A stretch of 64,000 nt of DNA, from NCBI GenBank assembly GCA_050084985.1, contig JBITNC010000001.1, positions 58,776,001 to 58,840,000 on the forward strand, read 5' to 3'. The position numbers were made by a program, and so were the translations under genes. The DNA is from Nageia nagi. Lineage: Eukaryota; Plantae; Pinophyta. This document shows, piece after piece, positions 39,720-53,225 of this stretch (the first letter of the stretch is position 1; each line of letters starts with the position of its first letter). The notes under the pieces were generated by a model. That model did not search any database and was not told the origin of the DNA. It was given only the letters and a program-made list of their open reading frames with translations.

Positions 39720-41520
39720 GTCTCGTTACGATCATCCACTCTCAAAGCTATCAAGAAGAAGGTGAATACCTCTCACATTGTATACCATATATTGACATAT
39801 CTCTAGAACTCTTCCTCTTATATGTATATTCATGTCCTCCCATGAGAGGTAGCATGCGATGAGCTCACCACATGTGTACTCTTAGAGACCTTATGTGTCC
39901 CTATATCCTATGAGTGTAGCTCTATGAACTTGAAGGGATATCTAGTAGTGGAATCATCCTTCATATGAACTCTACCTCATAAATTTTAGTCCTCCTATGT
40001 TGGATCTCCAACCAATGGCTCAAGATCACCATGGTCTATGACATATTTAGCTCTTTCTAATTTGACTCACACTCTTTGGTGGCCTAGTCTCTAGCCTCTA
40101 GTCATGATCCTTCTCATGTTACTCTAGATCTTGTACCCTTTGATGAAGCTCGATCTCCTTAAGCTAACTCTCCTTATCACATTGCTTACTCTACTCTAGG
40201 TTGTGCTCTCTCTCTGCAAGATGATGATCTGACTCTATGAGTTGAAACTCTAGATTTGCTATCTGCTTGCCAATCTAGGATCTGGAATCCCTACTAGACC
40301 TCCCTTATTATATTGGAGGGAACTTTTTCTACATCTCACTTATATCTATAGGGGTTTACCTTCATCCTTTGCAACCTCCTCCTTGACCCACTTAGGATAT
40401 CGACTAATCCACCATCTAGTGTAGGCCTTTATGTAGGCTATATCATCTTGATATATTAACTCCTCCTTATCACTATTAGCATCCTTATAGGTCTCCTGAT
40501 ACATGATACAAGGCCTCTCATCTCTACCATTTGACATGCTATATACCATCAACTTGGGAGGTATATCTTGTATCTTATTGAAGTGTTTGAGTACTCAATG
40601 GTACTTAAATAAATCTATCTGATCCTTATGGATCCTCACCCATCTTGCTCATATAGTAAAAGCTACCTGTACCCTATCCTCATAGTAGGCTGGGCCACCA
40701 CTATACAAACTCTAGATCATATATTTGGGCTATAATCTCTTGAAAATATCTATAAAATATGCCACATGATCACCTCTCATGTGTCTAGTGCTAGGATCAT
40801 GATGATGTCCCCATCACATCATGTAGGGACACTTTATGTTAGGCTCCTCAAAATAAAGAACATCCTGAACATGCACATCATAAGGTAGACATAATGGTCA
40901 TACCACCTCTATATGCTCCCATATTGAAACTTGCAAAAATATTGAGCAACATGTCCCTATGTAGACCCCTATCTCCATCTCCTATAACTCATAGTAGAGC
41001 TATCCTAGGAAGGTTGGTCCCCATGCAAACACACAACCATTCTCTTGCATCTTCCTCAAAACTTGATATAGCTTCCAAGGGAACCTACACCCTAAAGCAT
41101 CTGGTAGAAAAAAGAATGTGATGATCATCATTACGAAGCAAATCAATCTTTCTATGAGCTTGACCTCGTATGCATGCTCATAGTAGAGTCCTCCTCCATC
41201 CCACCATAGTAGATGGTAATAGTGGTCAACTATCCTAATGGTTGCTATATCACTCTCCACCTTGTTTGATAATCCAATCACTAGTATGTCCTCCATTAGA
41301 ATCCTAAGAATCTACTAGATATCCTTTAGAGTTTCAGTACACTACCCAATATGCATATGGAAAGTGTTGGTGGAAGAGTTTCATCACTCACACAAGGTTG
41401 TAATGTACCCAAAGTTCACCATAACCTTATGTATCATGCTAGTGTATCTTAAACCCATATTGTATAACCACATCCACTTAGTATCGACATATCCTATTAT
41501 AGTTGCACATAAAGCTTGCA
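39720..41520 (-). pseudogene. Degenerate plant mobile domain (PMD; aminotransferase-like, MAIN/MAIL-related) ORF, antisense to gag
   Basis: Minus strand 41398-41300 reads LCE**NSSTNTFHMHIG*CTETLKDI**ILRIL, matching the PMD motif LxERWxxxTxTFHLxxGExTITLxDVxxILxL. VFAWGPTFL near 41020 matches the PMD Y/FAWG motif. Confidence 0.75.
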
Positions 41521-43809
41521 AAAATGATGTCACATGCATAGTATCTCATATGGATGTAAAAACAACAAAGTAAACTAAGTCAGTCAAGTTACTATTTATG
41601 CCAACTAGTTTATCTATCAAATACCAAAGTTTCTTTTATCAATATTCCAAAAATATTTTTGCCTTCATTGTGATATCATCTTCATTGTAAATGGTGTGTC
41701 ATCATGTCCAAATGTCATCAATTACATATTTTTATCTTAAAGCATTCCAAACTAAAAATTGGTCTTTGTAAATAAGATATGTCCCAATTCACACTTAGGT
41801 AGCTTACACCTAGCATCACAGTACTAACCAAACATTAAATTGCATTAAAAACACTAGCTTACAAGGTAAAATTTGTAAATTTTCTCCACTATGTACATGA
41901 GGTATGTTTCGTAATTCAAAAGAGCATGACTATCAATTGTTTCCTTAGGCACCATGCTAATAACTTATATGATATATTTACCATCCCAAATCCATGAAAT
42001 TTACTCTTTTTAGTAAGCAAAAGTGCAACAATAAAATGAGATTTTGCATTTTGGAGACATTCTTTTTGAAAGGAAAGTAAATTCACAACAAACATGGGCA
42101 ATTACCAAATTTTACAATTACATACAATTCAATAAGAAATCTATATTTTTTGGTGCTAAATCAACTTTCAGTGTCTTATGACACCAACCAATGAACTCCT
42201 AAAGTTATAAAATCCAACTTGATGGTTTTTCCCAACAATTATCAAAACTATATTTTTTGGAAAAAAATGATCAAACTTGCAAATTCATTGAAATTACATA
42301 AAAAGAAGTTCAATCCAATTTATAGGGCTTTAAATTTAAGCAATAACCCTTCAATAATGCTCAAACACATAATTTAGAGGTTAAATTTTCAAAAAAATGA
42401 ACCAAATAGGGCCCAAAAGGGGTTACAAGCTAGGCATGGTAGCTTAGGCCTAACTATAGTGTGCTTAGGGGCATGTGCCCTAGACACAATGCTCTTGGCC
42501 CTAAGCGTAGTGCATCTACCTTGAGGTTCAAAAATAGATCATGCCTAGGGTCCACGAGTGAAAACATTTCCTAAAATGCTCTATTTTTTGTGAAATAAAG
42601 TTCATGGATACCTAATTGGGGTTAAATAAATAGGTGGTTTCCTCTCTGTTTTACAATTTGACACTCAAATTTATATATATTTACAAAATTCAAATCTAGA
42701 ACCCTTGTTTCATATCTTTTTTGGGGAAAAATCATATTTTTAATGGAATTGATCAATTTTTTGAGAATTTAGATCTGTGGAAAGGTTATGCATGTTAAAA
42801 ATACTAGGTGCATATTAAGAATATTTCAAATCTAATCCTTTGTTTGAGTACAACAAGCAAAATACCCTCTCAAAGCCTCTTGTTGGGCATTTTTTGGAAT
42901 TCAAATATATTTTGATTTTGTTCATTTTGAGAGATTTTTTTCAAGGATTATTTCCTATCATCTAAATGTTTAGATTGTGTGCTTGTATTGTCATATTGGG
43001 GTAATTTGGATTTTAAAAAAGAAAATACACAATTGTACATTCTTTTTTTAACTAAAATACATTAAAAAATTCAAAAATTACATAAAAAAGGTAATTTACA
43101 TTTTCAGGCTTACTTGGCATCGTAAACATGGTTGATCAATGAGTATTTGAGTTGGAAGTCCATAATTTGCTGCCACATAGATCAATTGGTCACTTTCCAC
43201 CAAAATTCCACCTTTTCATATGTGATAAATGAGTTTAAAAAAGAGTAATTTTCTTACTTATTTACTTCTTTTTTACTATTTCTAAGTCAAAATTCAAATT
43301 TTTAGCCCATGTTTGGGCCCCATCTTGTGTAAATATATTCAAAATATATTTTTTATCCTATAATTTATTACAAAATTATATTGGGGCAATAAAAAAGAGA
43401 ACAAAATTTAAATAGCAAAAATTTTCATAATCATCACACGTAAATTCTTACTTTTTCAATTGATTTTGTATTGACCATTCTGATCAATACAATATCCTTC
43501 AAGGGAGAGAACCACTTGATTGTTAAATTTTTTCGAATTCCTTTTTACAAAAGTGCAAAAAAAACTTAAATTTTATCTTAAAAATGTGTTTTATTTCAAA
43601 AATTGCAAAATTGTTTAAAGTTTCTTTGAAAATAGCAAAATTGTTCAAAGTTATCAAATTTCCACTTGATTTCAAATTGTTCAAATTGTTTAACAAGACT
43701 ATGCAATTACTTGTAAGTCTATTTTCTTACTCCATCATGAACGATTTGTATAGATTTGATGTGTTTAATCATCAAATACTATATAAGTTATTCAAAATCC
43801 TACTTACAC

Positions 43810-44330
43810 AAACACGTTGTTCAGCATTTGAATTTGATGAATACTACATTCAAATTGCCACACATATTTGTTTTGAATTTTCCATAAACACATTGTTTGG
43901 GGTTTGAATTATCACAAGGTACATTTAAATTATTATCTATATTTGTTTCAAATTTTCCATGAACACATTAGTTAATGTTTGAATTATTGCAAAGTACATT
44001 CAAACCGATATCCATATTTGTTTGAATTTTCCTAGAACACATTATTTAGGATTTGAATTTGATGAATACTACATTTGAATTCCTATTCATATTTGTTCCA
44101 ATTTATTTTAAAACCTCCTAGAACACATTATTTACAATTCAAATTTGACGAATTCTACATTCAAATTCTTCTTCATGTTTATTTCAAATTTTTTAGTTTT
44201 TAAAAAACCTCCATGAACACACTATTTAGGATTCAAATTTGATGAATACTACATTCAAATTTCTATTAATATTTATTATAAAATTTTATGCTTTTTTTTG
44301 ACCATGAAAGCATTATTTTTACATATTCAT
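43810..44330. repeat. Degenerate ~75-95-bp tandem repeats in the element 3' UTR (second copy at 51050-51430)
   Basis: gaacacattatttaggattcaaatttgatgaatactacattcaaatt recurs about 5-6 times in each copy. Confidence 0.75.
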
Positions 44331-45644
44331 TCGAAATGTGTAAATTATTTGAAACTTATTCAATGTTCAAAGTTTAAATACCAAACTATTCAAATTTAAT
44401 TCAAATGCTCAAATTTAAGAATGTTTAAACTACAAATGTTTTCTCAACTAACATCCATGTATCTACACTTGTTGAACTAAGTCTTTTTTACAAAAGACCT
44501 AATCCAACAAGGCCAAAATGTTGACACTAACAAATAGTACTTTTTGAGTAGAGATGTTTTATGACATTAAAATATTGTAACTCATTGTTTGATTTATTCT
44601 TAATGTTTATTGTGTAAATTCAAACTACTCAAAAGTCCAAAATAGAGCAAAAAGTGACTTAAAATACAAATACGAGCAAAAGTGGGTATCTAGCCCAAAT
44701 AACTTAAGTTGACTCAAGAGGTATATAACTTTGTAAAATTAGAAAATCCTCTCCAAATTCATTTGCTCACTTACATAATACTTATAATTTTTGCTCTCTT
44801 ATTATTGCTCCAAGAATATTTCTAGCATTGTGAGATAAGGTTTGAAAGATTAAAGATTTTCACCATAAATCTCCATCAAATCTCTCAAAGCTTTCTTCCA
44901 CACTCATGAGGTGATATTTCTATATGTTTCTATGGTTTAATTGAATTATTATTGTATATATTAGATGTATTCAAATTTTTTGTAGGGACTTGAATGCAAT
45001 ACAACCATAGAAGATCTTGGGAAGACCTACCTTTTGTATCCTCAACAAAATTGTGTGCATATAGTGTGTTGTTTAGGTTAAAATAATATTATCTTGCCTT
45101 TTCATCATTAAAATCATTGTTCAAAATCATAATAGCTTAAACAGTGTTGTGAACATCCATTATATCTCATGGGTATCCTTGGATCTAATTGATCCAAGGA
45201 TTTTTAAATATTTATTCATTTCAATAATTTAATATTCTCAAGTTTTTCAAGTGTTGGATCTCATTTTTAACCACCAAAAAATGTAAAGATCATATCCATA
45301 ATTTAAATACACCATAAAAATTATTCAAGCATCATATACATAGAAGCATTTGCACAAATATGCATATATATTTCATTTTTTTTAATGATTTCAGGGCTTG
45401 GAGGCTCACATACCATTTGGAGTGAGGATACTCACTCCATGCTCACCTAGGTGCCTCAAAGGGCCTAGGTTTGGAGGTCCCCTTCCCATTTAGATGCATT
45501 TATGGTTTATTAATGTTCTTGCAAAGTTTCACTTTATTATTCAAAGATTTAAACATATCTTTATCAAGTTTTCTACCTAATGCTCATTCAGTAAAGTAGA
45601 GTTATGTAATTTAGGTTTTGTGTGTGCATTTGACTTGTTTATGT

Positions 45645-48600
45645 AATGTGCCTATCCCTAGGCATGGTGCGCCTATCCTAAGGTCCAAAATGGATCACAC
45701 CTAGGATCTAGGAATGAAAACATTGCCTAAAATGCTAAAATTGATCTATTTCTCATGAAACAAAGTTCATGGATACTTGATTGGGGTTAAATAACTATGT
45801 GGGTTTCTATGCATTTTATGATTTGACACCCAAATTTGGAGATATTTATAAAATTTGAATCTAAAAACCCTTATTTCATGTCTTTTTTGGGGAAAAATTA
45901 TATTTTTAATTGAATCAAGTGATTTTTGAGAATTTAACTTCATGGAATGATTATGCATGGTAAAAATGTATGTGGGTATCAAATGGATTTTGAATCCGAC
46001 TATCCATTTGAGTGCAATGAGTGAAATACTAGGTAAAACCCTCTTGTTAGGCTTTTTTTGGAATTCAAATATCTTTTGATTCTTTTTATTTCAAGAGATT
46101 CCATTTAGGGGGATTGTTTCCTATCATCTAAATGTTTAGTTTGTGTGTTTATACATTTAGATTGGGGTAGTTTGGATTTTAAATAAGAAAATACATAATT
46201 ATACATTATTTTTTTTGTGATGAAAGAGCCTTTTCTATTAAAAATCAAAAACCCTTACAAAAAAAGTGGATGGAGTTAGCACACCCCATATGGAATCAAA
46301 CTAACCATGGCTAGGAAACCCAAAAAGAAACATTACACCTCACAAGATAAATAATAGGAATAAAAAAATAGAACCACCAAGATCCTTTCAAAAACCAAAG
46401 TGATCAAACCAAGGTCATCAGAAAAACAAAGGACCCATGATTAACTAAAAAATAGATTACATTTCATTAAATGCTTTGTATCAAGAAATATGCCCAACCA
46501 TCAAATTAGGATCGGCTCTAGGCTTCTTGAATTTTTGATTATCCCTATTTGGGAAGGGGATCCTATAACCTTGAGGCATATTAACATCAGTAGATGTCCC
46601 TCCAACATTGATGTTGCCTCATGTATCTCCCTAGCCATCCGTGGCTAGAGAAGATTTTGGATGACCATCACCCCATCCACAATGAGGGTTAAAGAAATAA
46701 GCTCCATCAAATTGGCTCTCTTTTATTGGGAGGAAAAGGCTAAGACCAATAACAGCTAAGAGAGCTAATAGATGCTTGCTAGATGTGCAAAGGAGGGTGA
46801 TTCCAAGAGTAGGAAAAAGAATGTTCATCATAGTTATGGTCCAGAGGAATTTTTATCACATTGCATATAGCCTCTGCCCAATGAGCTAATAGATCTTGTA
46901 GGTGATCAACCTAGGAAATTATCTATAACCAAACATCATTAAACACTTTCAATTTATCAAGGTGACCAAAAAAAATGGAAGGAGCATAATTTTTAAACAT
47001 AAATTCTATTACAACTTTTCTAAATGTGAAATAATAAGTCAAGTCAAAAGAACCTCAAATAGGGGTGAGGAAAATACAACAAAATCCCTAAGAGAGCTTG
47101 GGACCATGAAAATATAGAGATGAAGAAGGGGGAAAAAAATAAAACACACATTCTCAAACTTGTTTGTACCTAGGGCACTCCAAAACAAGTGAAAACATGA
47201 ATCAAGAGCATTATAAAAAGCACATCTAGGGTTAGAAACACCCATATACTGGAGCTAAATTTTGAAAGGGAGCCCTTGATGTAAAGACTCCATGCAAAAA
47301 TAACCTATTTGGATTAATGTAGGAAGCCCAGGTATTTTAAAACTAAATTGTCCAACACAAATTTATGGAAATCAAGTCCCACCTTTCATTCAACTTAGGA
47401 ACCATAGGAAAGAAAGGGGATAACCACTTGTAACCCATCTAAGCTTTGTAGCTAAGAAATGGAGTCTCAACATGATAGTGCCAATACATACACCATGATA
47501 TCTTAGATAGAACCCTAATTTTATGAAGCATATCATGGGAGTTAGCATTGATGATCATGTTAAATGTATCATTATCAGCATTAGTGAGACAAAAATTGCA
47601 CTTGAAGGCATCCCAGGGAATCTAATATCTAGTTTATCGACTAAAAAAATACATGATGGAATGGATGCCTATCTTGAAAAATCTCAAGGCATTAACCCAT
47701 TGAACTTGATCCAGGGGAAAACCCTGATAGCCAAAAAAGAGGACCACCAAATGTTCATATTTTTAAAAGATAACCCTTTTCAAAAACCCTCTTCCTTCTA
47801 GTGGAGCCAAGGGTTAAGCTATTACTAAGCCTTTCAAATACTTCTAATAATAATATATATTTTGATCTTAATGGCTATCAGAGTTGTGAAAAGTAAGGGA
47901 AGATCAATTCCCTTTAAGCTTAATGTTTGAGGGTAAGAACCATTGAAATAATGTGCCAAATTAAGATCTTCTAGGATTCATTACCACATATTGCTTGAAT
48001 TATTCAATTGGCACATAGGGAGATACCATAACATTTGCATTCAAGTATATCCATTCCCCCTACCTCTCTAGGGGGACAACAAAACCCCCATGCCACTCTA
48101 TGAAACCCATTATTATAATAAGAATTGCACCATAAAAAATCCCTTAAACATTTTCCCAATTTGTTATAGCAAGCTTGATATGGGACCCAACAAGAAGAGT
48201 AGTAAACATTGGTAGCAACAAGAACTTTAGAACAAATTTGAAATTTTATCACCAGATAGAGCTTTTTAGTAAGCTAGGACTCAAGCTTGGATTCCAATTT
48301 TTGGACCATATAGCTCTAGATTTGATTCAGATAGCCATGAAATGCAAAAGGAATTCCAAGAAACTTAAAAATCTCACTAAGGGTAATCCACTTCCACTAA
48401 AAGGTTTGAAGCCACATAGGAGGTTCATGCATTGATTGCCTGTAACAAGAAGTCTTCTTCCATTGAATACTTGAACTAGAGGCTTTGTAAAATATTTAAA
48501 ACAATTGAGAGCAATTGAATGGAAAACTCATCTTCCTTGAGGATGAGGAAGGAATCATCTACAAAGTGACCATTGACTATTTGCTCTTTGTTATGAAGCC

Positions 48601-51600
48601 AAATAATTCCACAAATTTAGTTTTGGGTAGTTTTAGTAGTAAGGAGATAGCCAAAAGCTTCAACATCCAGAATGTAAAGAGAAGGAGCAACATTATAACC
48701 TTATCTATTTGATTGAAAGAGGCCAATACTAGTTGACTAGGATTTGTTAAGGTTCAAAATAGCATAGGCATATCTAAAGAGCATAGATATGAAATTAATG
48801 AACATAAGCCCAAATTCAAGAGCTTTGAGCATAGCAAGAATGAATCTCCACTCAATACAGTCATAAGCTTTATCAAAATTGATTTTTATGAAAATAACAT
48901 CTTGTCCTAAAAATCAGGCCCATTCCATTCCTTCCAAGATTGCTAAAACATTATCCAAGATGTAACAACCTCTAATGAAGTTAGTTTGCTCAAGTTTGAT
49001 AAGCAAAGAAAGAAGATGTCAAATTCAGAGAGAAAGAGCCTTAGATATAATTTTGTAACTAACATTTAGAAATGTGATTGGCCTCAAATTCATGATAATC
49101 TTAGGATCTCTAGGTTTGGGGATGAACTTGATGTTTCCTCTATTGATAATACCTCCAAGGGAGCTTGTGTGCATGGCTTCAAGGTAAAATTTATGTGGAT
49201 CATGGCCAACCAAGTCCCAAAGTTATTTGTAGAACTCAAAAGGGAATCCATCCATCCTAGGAGCTTTGTCATTAGCTAATTGATTTAGAACTTCTTAAAG
49301 GTCCTTCAAAGAGAGGAGCTTATCACACTTAGCTCAATGATTAGTAGAAAGAATGGAAGGGAAAATAGATAAATAGGCCTCCAAGGCTTGCACTCTTTCT
49401 AAGGTGTAAGCTTAAGAAGCAAAAATAATGGAATAATGAGAATGAAAAGATGCAATAATCTCAGTAAGAGAAATAACTTGAGAACCATTCATTCCTAAAG
49501 AGATTTGAATTGGGTGGTTTATCTATGAGAATGCAACTTTTGGAAAATCTCCTTGGAAACTCTATCACTAATTTGAAGCCAATGGAGTCAATCTTTGAGT
49601 TGAGATCCTTTGGCCTCATATAACTTAGCTACCTTGAGCTTAGGGTGGAAATGAGAAACATGAGACTAAAGCTCAAGATTAAAATGACTAGTCTCAAGAT
49701 TAATAGATGCTTAGAAAAGTTCATCATGCAAAGCCACCTTAGACTATCTTCTAAATTGAGCTATTTTCTTGCCAAGGGTTCTCAACAGGGTAAAGGTCTA
49801 GGTAATAGCATTGTTCCACCAAGAAATCTAGCTAAATTCATCTACAATTTTAGGAACAAGGTTCCAAACCTTGTGAATATGGAAAACCATGGTAGGATGC
49901 TAAAGGAACAAAGTATTAAAAAATAACTAGGTTTTATAGTGACATTGCTAATGATCCTTATTCTAAATGGAGAACATGATAGGGACATGGTCGGAGGTGG
50001 TAGTACCTTGAATGTTTTCCATAATAAGGGCCAAGGTATGCATCTTATGAAAAGAAATGAGTATGGTTGGATAGCATTGCTCTTTCAAGTTGTTTGATAA
50101 TATGTGCATGACCAGCTTGAAAGTTAGACCACATATACCAAAGGTTCTTAGGAAAATATAAAGGATAAAAGAATGCATTGGGGTCAGATAAGTTAAGCTT
50201 ATTTCATATGAAGTACCAAGCTTCCCATTATCCTATGGCCCACCACATAGAATGGTGATCCACCTTGTCAGAAGGCTTCTCAATCATATTGAAATCCCCA
50301 CACATGACCTACATGGAAGGTGGAAGCGAAATAGCACACCACTTCCACAAGCTGCAAGATTCATGGGCATTGTTGGAAGCATACACATTTAAAATTCCAA
50401 AAGACTTGTACTTTATTTTTTAATTAAAATACACTAAAAAAATCTAAAATTATATAAAAAATGGGTAATTTGTATTTTTGGTCCTACCTGGAGTCTTGGG
50501 AATGGTTGATCAATGACTATTTAAGTTGGAGGTGCATCATTTGCTACCATCTCAATTAATTTCTCACTTTCCACCAAATTCCACCTTTACATGTTAAAAA
50601 GGGTAATTTTCTTACTTATTTACCTCTTTTTGATTATTTCTAAGTTAAAATTTGATTTTTAGCTCGTGGGTGGGCCCCATTTTGTGCAAATGTATTCACA
50701 ATATTTTTTTCCCTCTGCTTTATTGCAAAATTATATTGGGGTAAAATAAAAGGGACAAAAAACATTAAATAGCAAAATTTTTCACAATCATCACATGCAA
50801 ATTCTTACTTTTTGAATTGATTTTGTATTGATGGTTCTAATTAATACAATATTTCTCAAGGAGGGGAACCAACTGATTGTTCAAATTTTTTAAATTATTT
50901 TTTACATAAAGTGCAAAAAATTCAAAATTTTACATTTAAAAATGTATTTTATTTGAAAAATTGTAAAATTATCCAAAATTTCTTTCAAAATAGTAAAATT
51001 GTTCAAAGTTATTGAATTTCCACTTGATTTCAAATTATTCAAAATTTGGATGAACACATTGGTTAAGGTTTGAATTATCACAAAGTACATTCAAATTGGT
51101 ATCAATATTTGATCTAAATTTGCCAAGAATACATCATTTAGGATTCAAATTTGATGAATACTACATTCAAATTTCTATTCATATTTGTACTAATTTTTTT
51201 AATTTTTTTTAAACCTACAAGAACACATTATTTAGGATTTGAATTTTACAAATACTATAATCAAATTCCTCATCATATTAATTTTGATTTTTTTTTTCAA
51301 CTTTTTAAAATCCTCCAATAACACATTGTTTAAGATTCAAATTTGCTGAATACTACATTCAAATTCCTATTTATATTTGTTCCAAATTTTTATGCTTTTT
51401 TCTACTATGAACACATTGTTTTTACATATTCATTCAAAATGTGTAAATTATTTCAAAATTAGTCAAAGTTCAATGCTAAAAGTTTAAATGCCAAATTGTT
51501 AAAATTTCAATTAACTGTTCAAATTTTATAATTTTTAAAGTACAAATATTTTTTCAACTAACATCGAAGTATCTACACTTATTGAACTAAGTCCTTTGTG

Positions 51601-52770
51601 CAAAAGACCTAATCCAATAGGGGCAAAATGTAGACACTAAAAACTAACACTTTTTGAGTAGATATGTTTTATGAAATTTACATATTGTGACTCATTATCT
51701 AATTTATTCTTAATATTTATTATGCAAAGTTAAACTACTCAAAAGTACAAAATAGAGGATAAATGACTTAAAATACAAATATGAGCAAAAGTGGGTATCT
51801 AGCCCAAATAACTTAAGTTGACTCAAGAGGTATATAACTCAAAGTAAAATTGGAAAATCCTCTCTTAATTCATTTTCTCACTTAGACACTTATGATTTTT
51901 TCTCTCACACATTACTCCAAGAACATTGCTAGGGTTTTGAGATAAGGGTTTGAAGGATTCAAGGTTTTCACCACAAATATCTTAAAGCTTGCTTCCACAC
52001 TCATGAGGTAACATTGCTATGGTGTTTCTATGGTTTAATTGAATTATTATTGTATTTATTCAAGGTTTTTGTAGGGAATTGAAGGAAAGAAAACCATGGA
52101 AGAGCTTGGGAAGACCTACCTTTCGTATTAACAAAATTATTTGCATGTAGCATGTTGTTTAGGTTAAAATCATATTATCTTGCATTTCCATTACTAAAAT
52201 CATTGTTTGAATTCATAATAGCTTAAACACATGTTGTGAACATCCATTAGATCTTATGGGTATCCTTGGATATAATTGATCCAAGGATCTTTAAATATTT
52301 TTTCATTCCAAGCATTTAAGGTTTTCAAGATTTTCAAGTATTAGATCTCATTTTTAGCCACCAAAACATGTAAATATTATCTCCATAGTTCAAATCCACC
52401 ATATAAATTATTCAAATATCATATATAAATAAGAATTTGTACACATAGGCATATATATTTCATTTTTTTTCAATTCAATTTGAGGGATTGAGCCTCGCAT
52501 ACCATTTGGAGTTAGGAGACTCACTCCATGCTCACCTAGATTCCTTAAAAGGCTTAAGTTAGGAGGGCCCCCTTCCTATTTAGATGCATTTAGGATTTAT
52601 TGATGTTTGTGTAAATTTTTAGCTTATTATTCAACAATTGAAACATACCTTTATTAAATTTTCTACCTAATGCTCATTAAGTAAAGCAGAGTTGTGTAAT
52701 TTGGGTTTTGTGTGTGCAGTTAACTTATTTATGCATGTCAGATCACATATAATACAAATTTTGACCAATA
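45645..52770 (+). mobile_element. Second copy of the 3' UTR + PPT + complete LTR (51629-~52770) of the same family, split by a LINE
   Basis: 45655-46214 and 50406-51628 align to ~42500-44518. PPT aggggcaaaa then TGtagacac at 51629; LTR body homologous to the copies at 31379 and 44519. Confidence 0.85.
46215..50405 (-). mobile_element. 5'-truncated L1-type LINE (degenerate ORF2: APE endonuclease + RT)
   Basis: Minus-strand motifs NVYASNN, GDFNMIE, SDHVPI, DKAPRMDGFPFEFYK, NLRPITFLNVSYKIISKAL, INFDKAYDCIEW, FVDD and RVAW..PREVGGM. T-run at the 3' end. Degenerate ~16-bp TSD ttatacattatttttt (46199) / ttgtactttatttttt (50406). Confidence 0.88.
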
Positions 52771-52849
52771 ATCATCTTGAGAATACCAAATACAAAAATA
52801 TTCAATATTTCATTCTTATATTCATGCATAAAAAATCATGATAAAGGTG

Positions 52850-53225
52850 TATCCACATCATCATAGGTACATGCCCCATTCCTAGATGGAACATATGCAA
52901 TTAGAACCATATATGTTAACATCATCATGAGGTACATTCCCTATTATTTGATGTAACATTATGAATTATGAATAACTAATATGGTGATGGTTATTTTAGA
53001 CCTAACAAAAAAAGGTGAATAAAAAATAAAGGTTAGTTTAAATCCAACCAACAAAGGTGAATCAAAGATGGAGGTTAGTTGAGACCCAATCAGCAAATGT
53101 GACTCTAAATATGCCATTCATCATCATGAGTTACATGCCCCATTCATATACATATACATGATGTGCTACATTGTCACAAGGTGCATGCCCCATTCTTAGA
53201 ATTGATTCAAAGGTGATGGTTAGTA
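52850..53225. repeat. Interspersed short repeats (catcatcatgaggtacatgccccattc x4; ggtgaatcaaag..ggttagtt x3)
   Basis: The first motif occurs at ~52856, 52920, 53119 and 53172. Probably the 3' UTR of a minus-strand gypsy element. Confidence 0.65.

Larger units (their letters stand above)
31379..45643 (+). mobile_element. Tat/Ogre-like Ty3/gypsy LTR retrotransposon: LTR-PBS-gag-protease-(no RT/RH/INT)-antisense PMD-3'UTR-PPT-LTR
   Basis: 5'-truncated LTR 31379-32367 ending acctaCA; homologous LTR 44519-~45643 starting TGttgacac after a purine-rich tract; PBS at 32373; internal gag, protease and PMD motifs. Confidence 0.8.
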
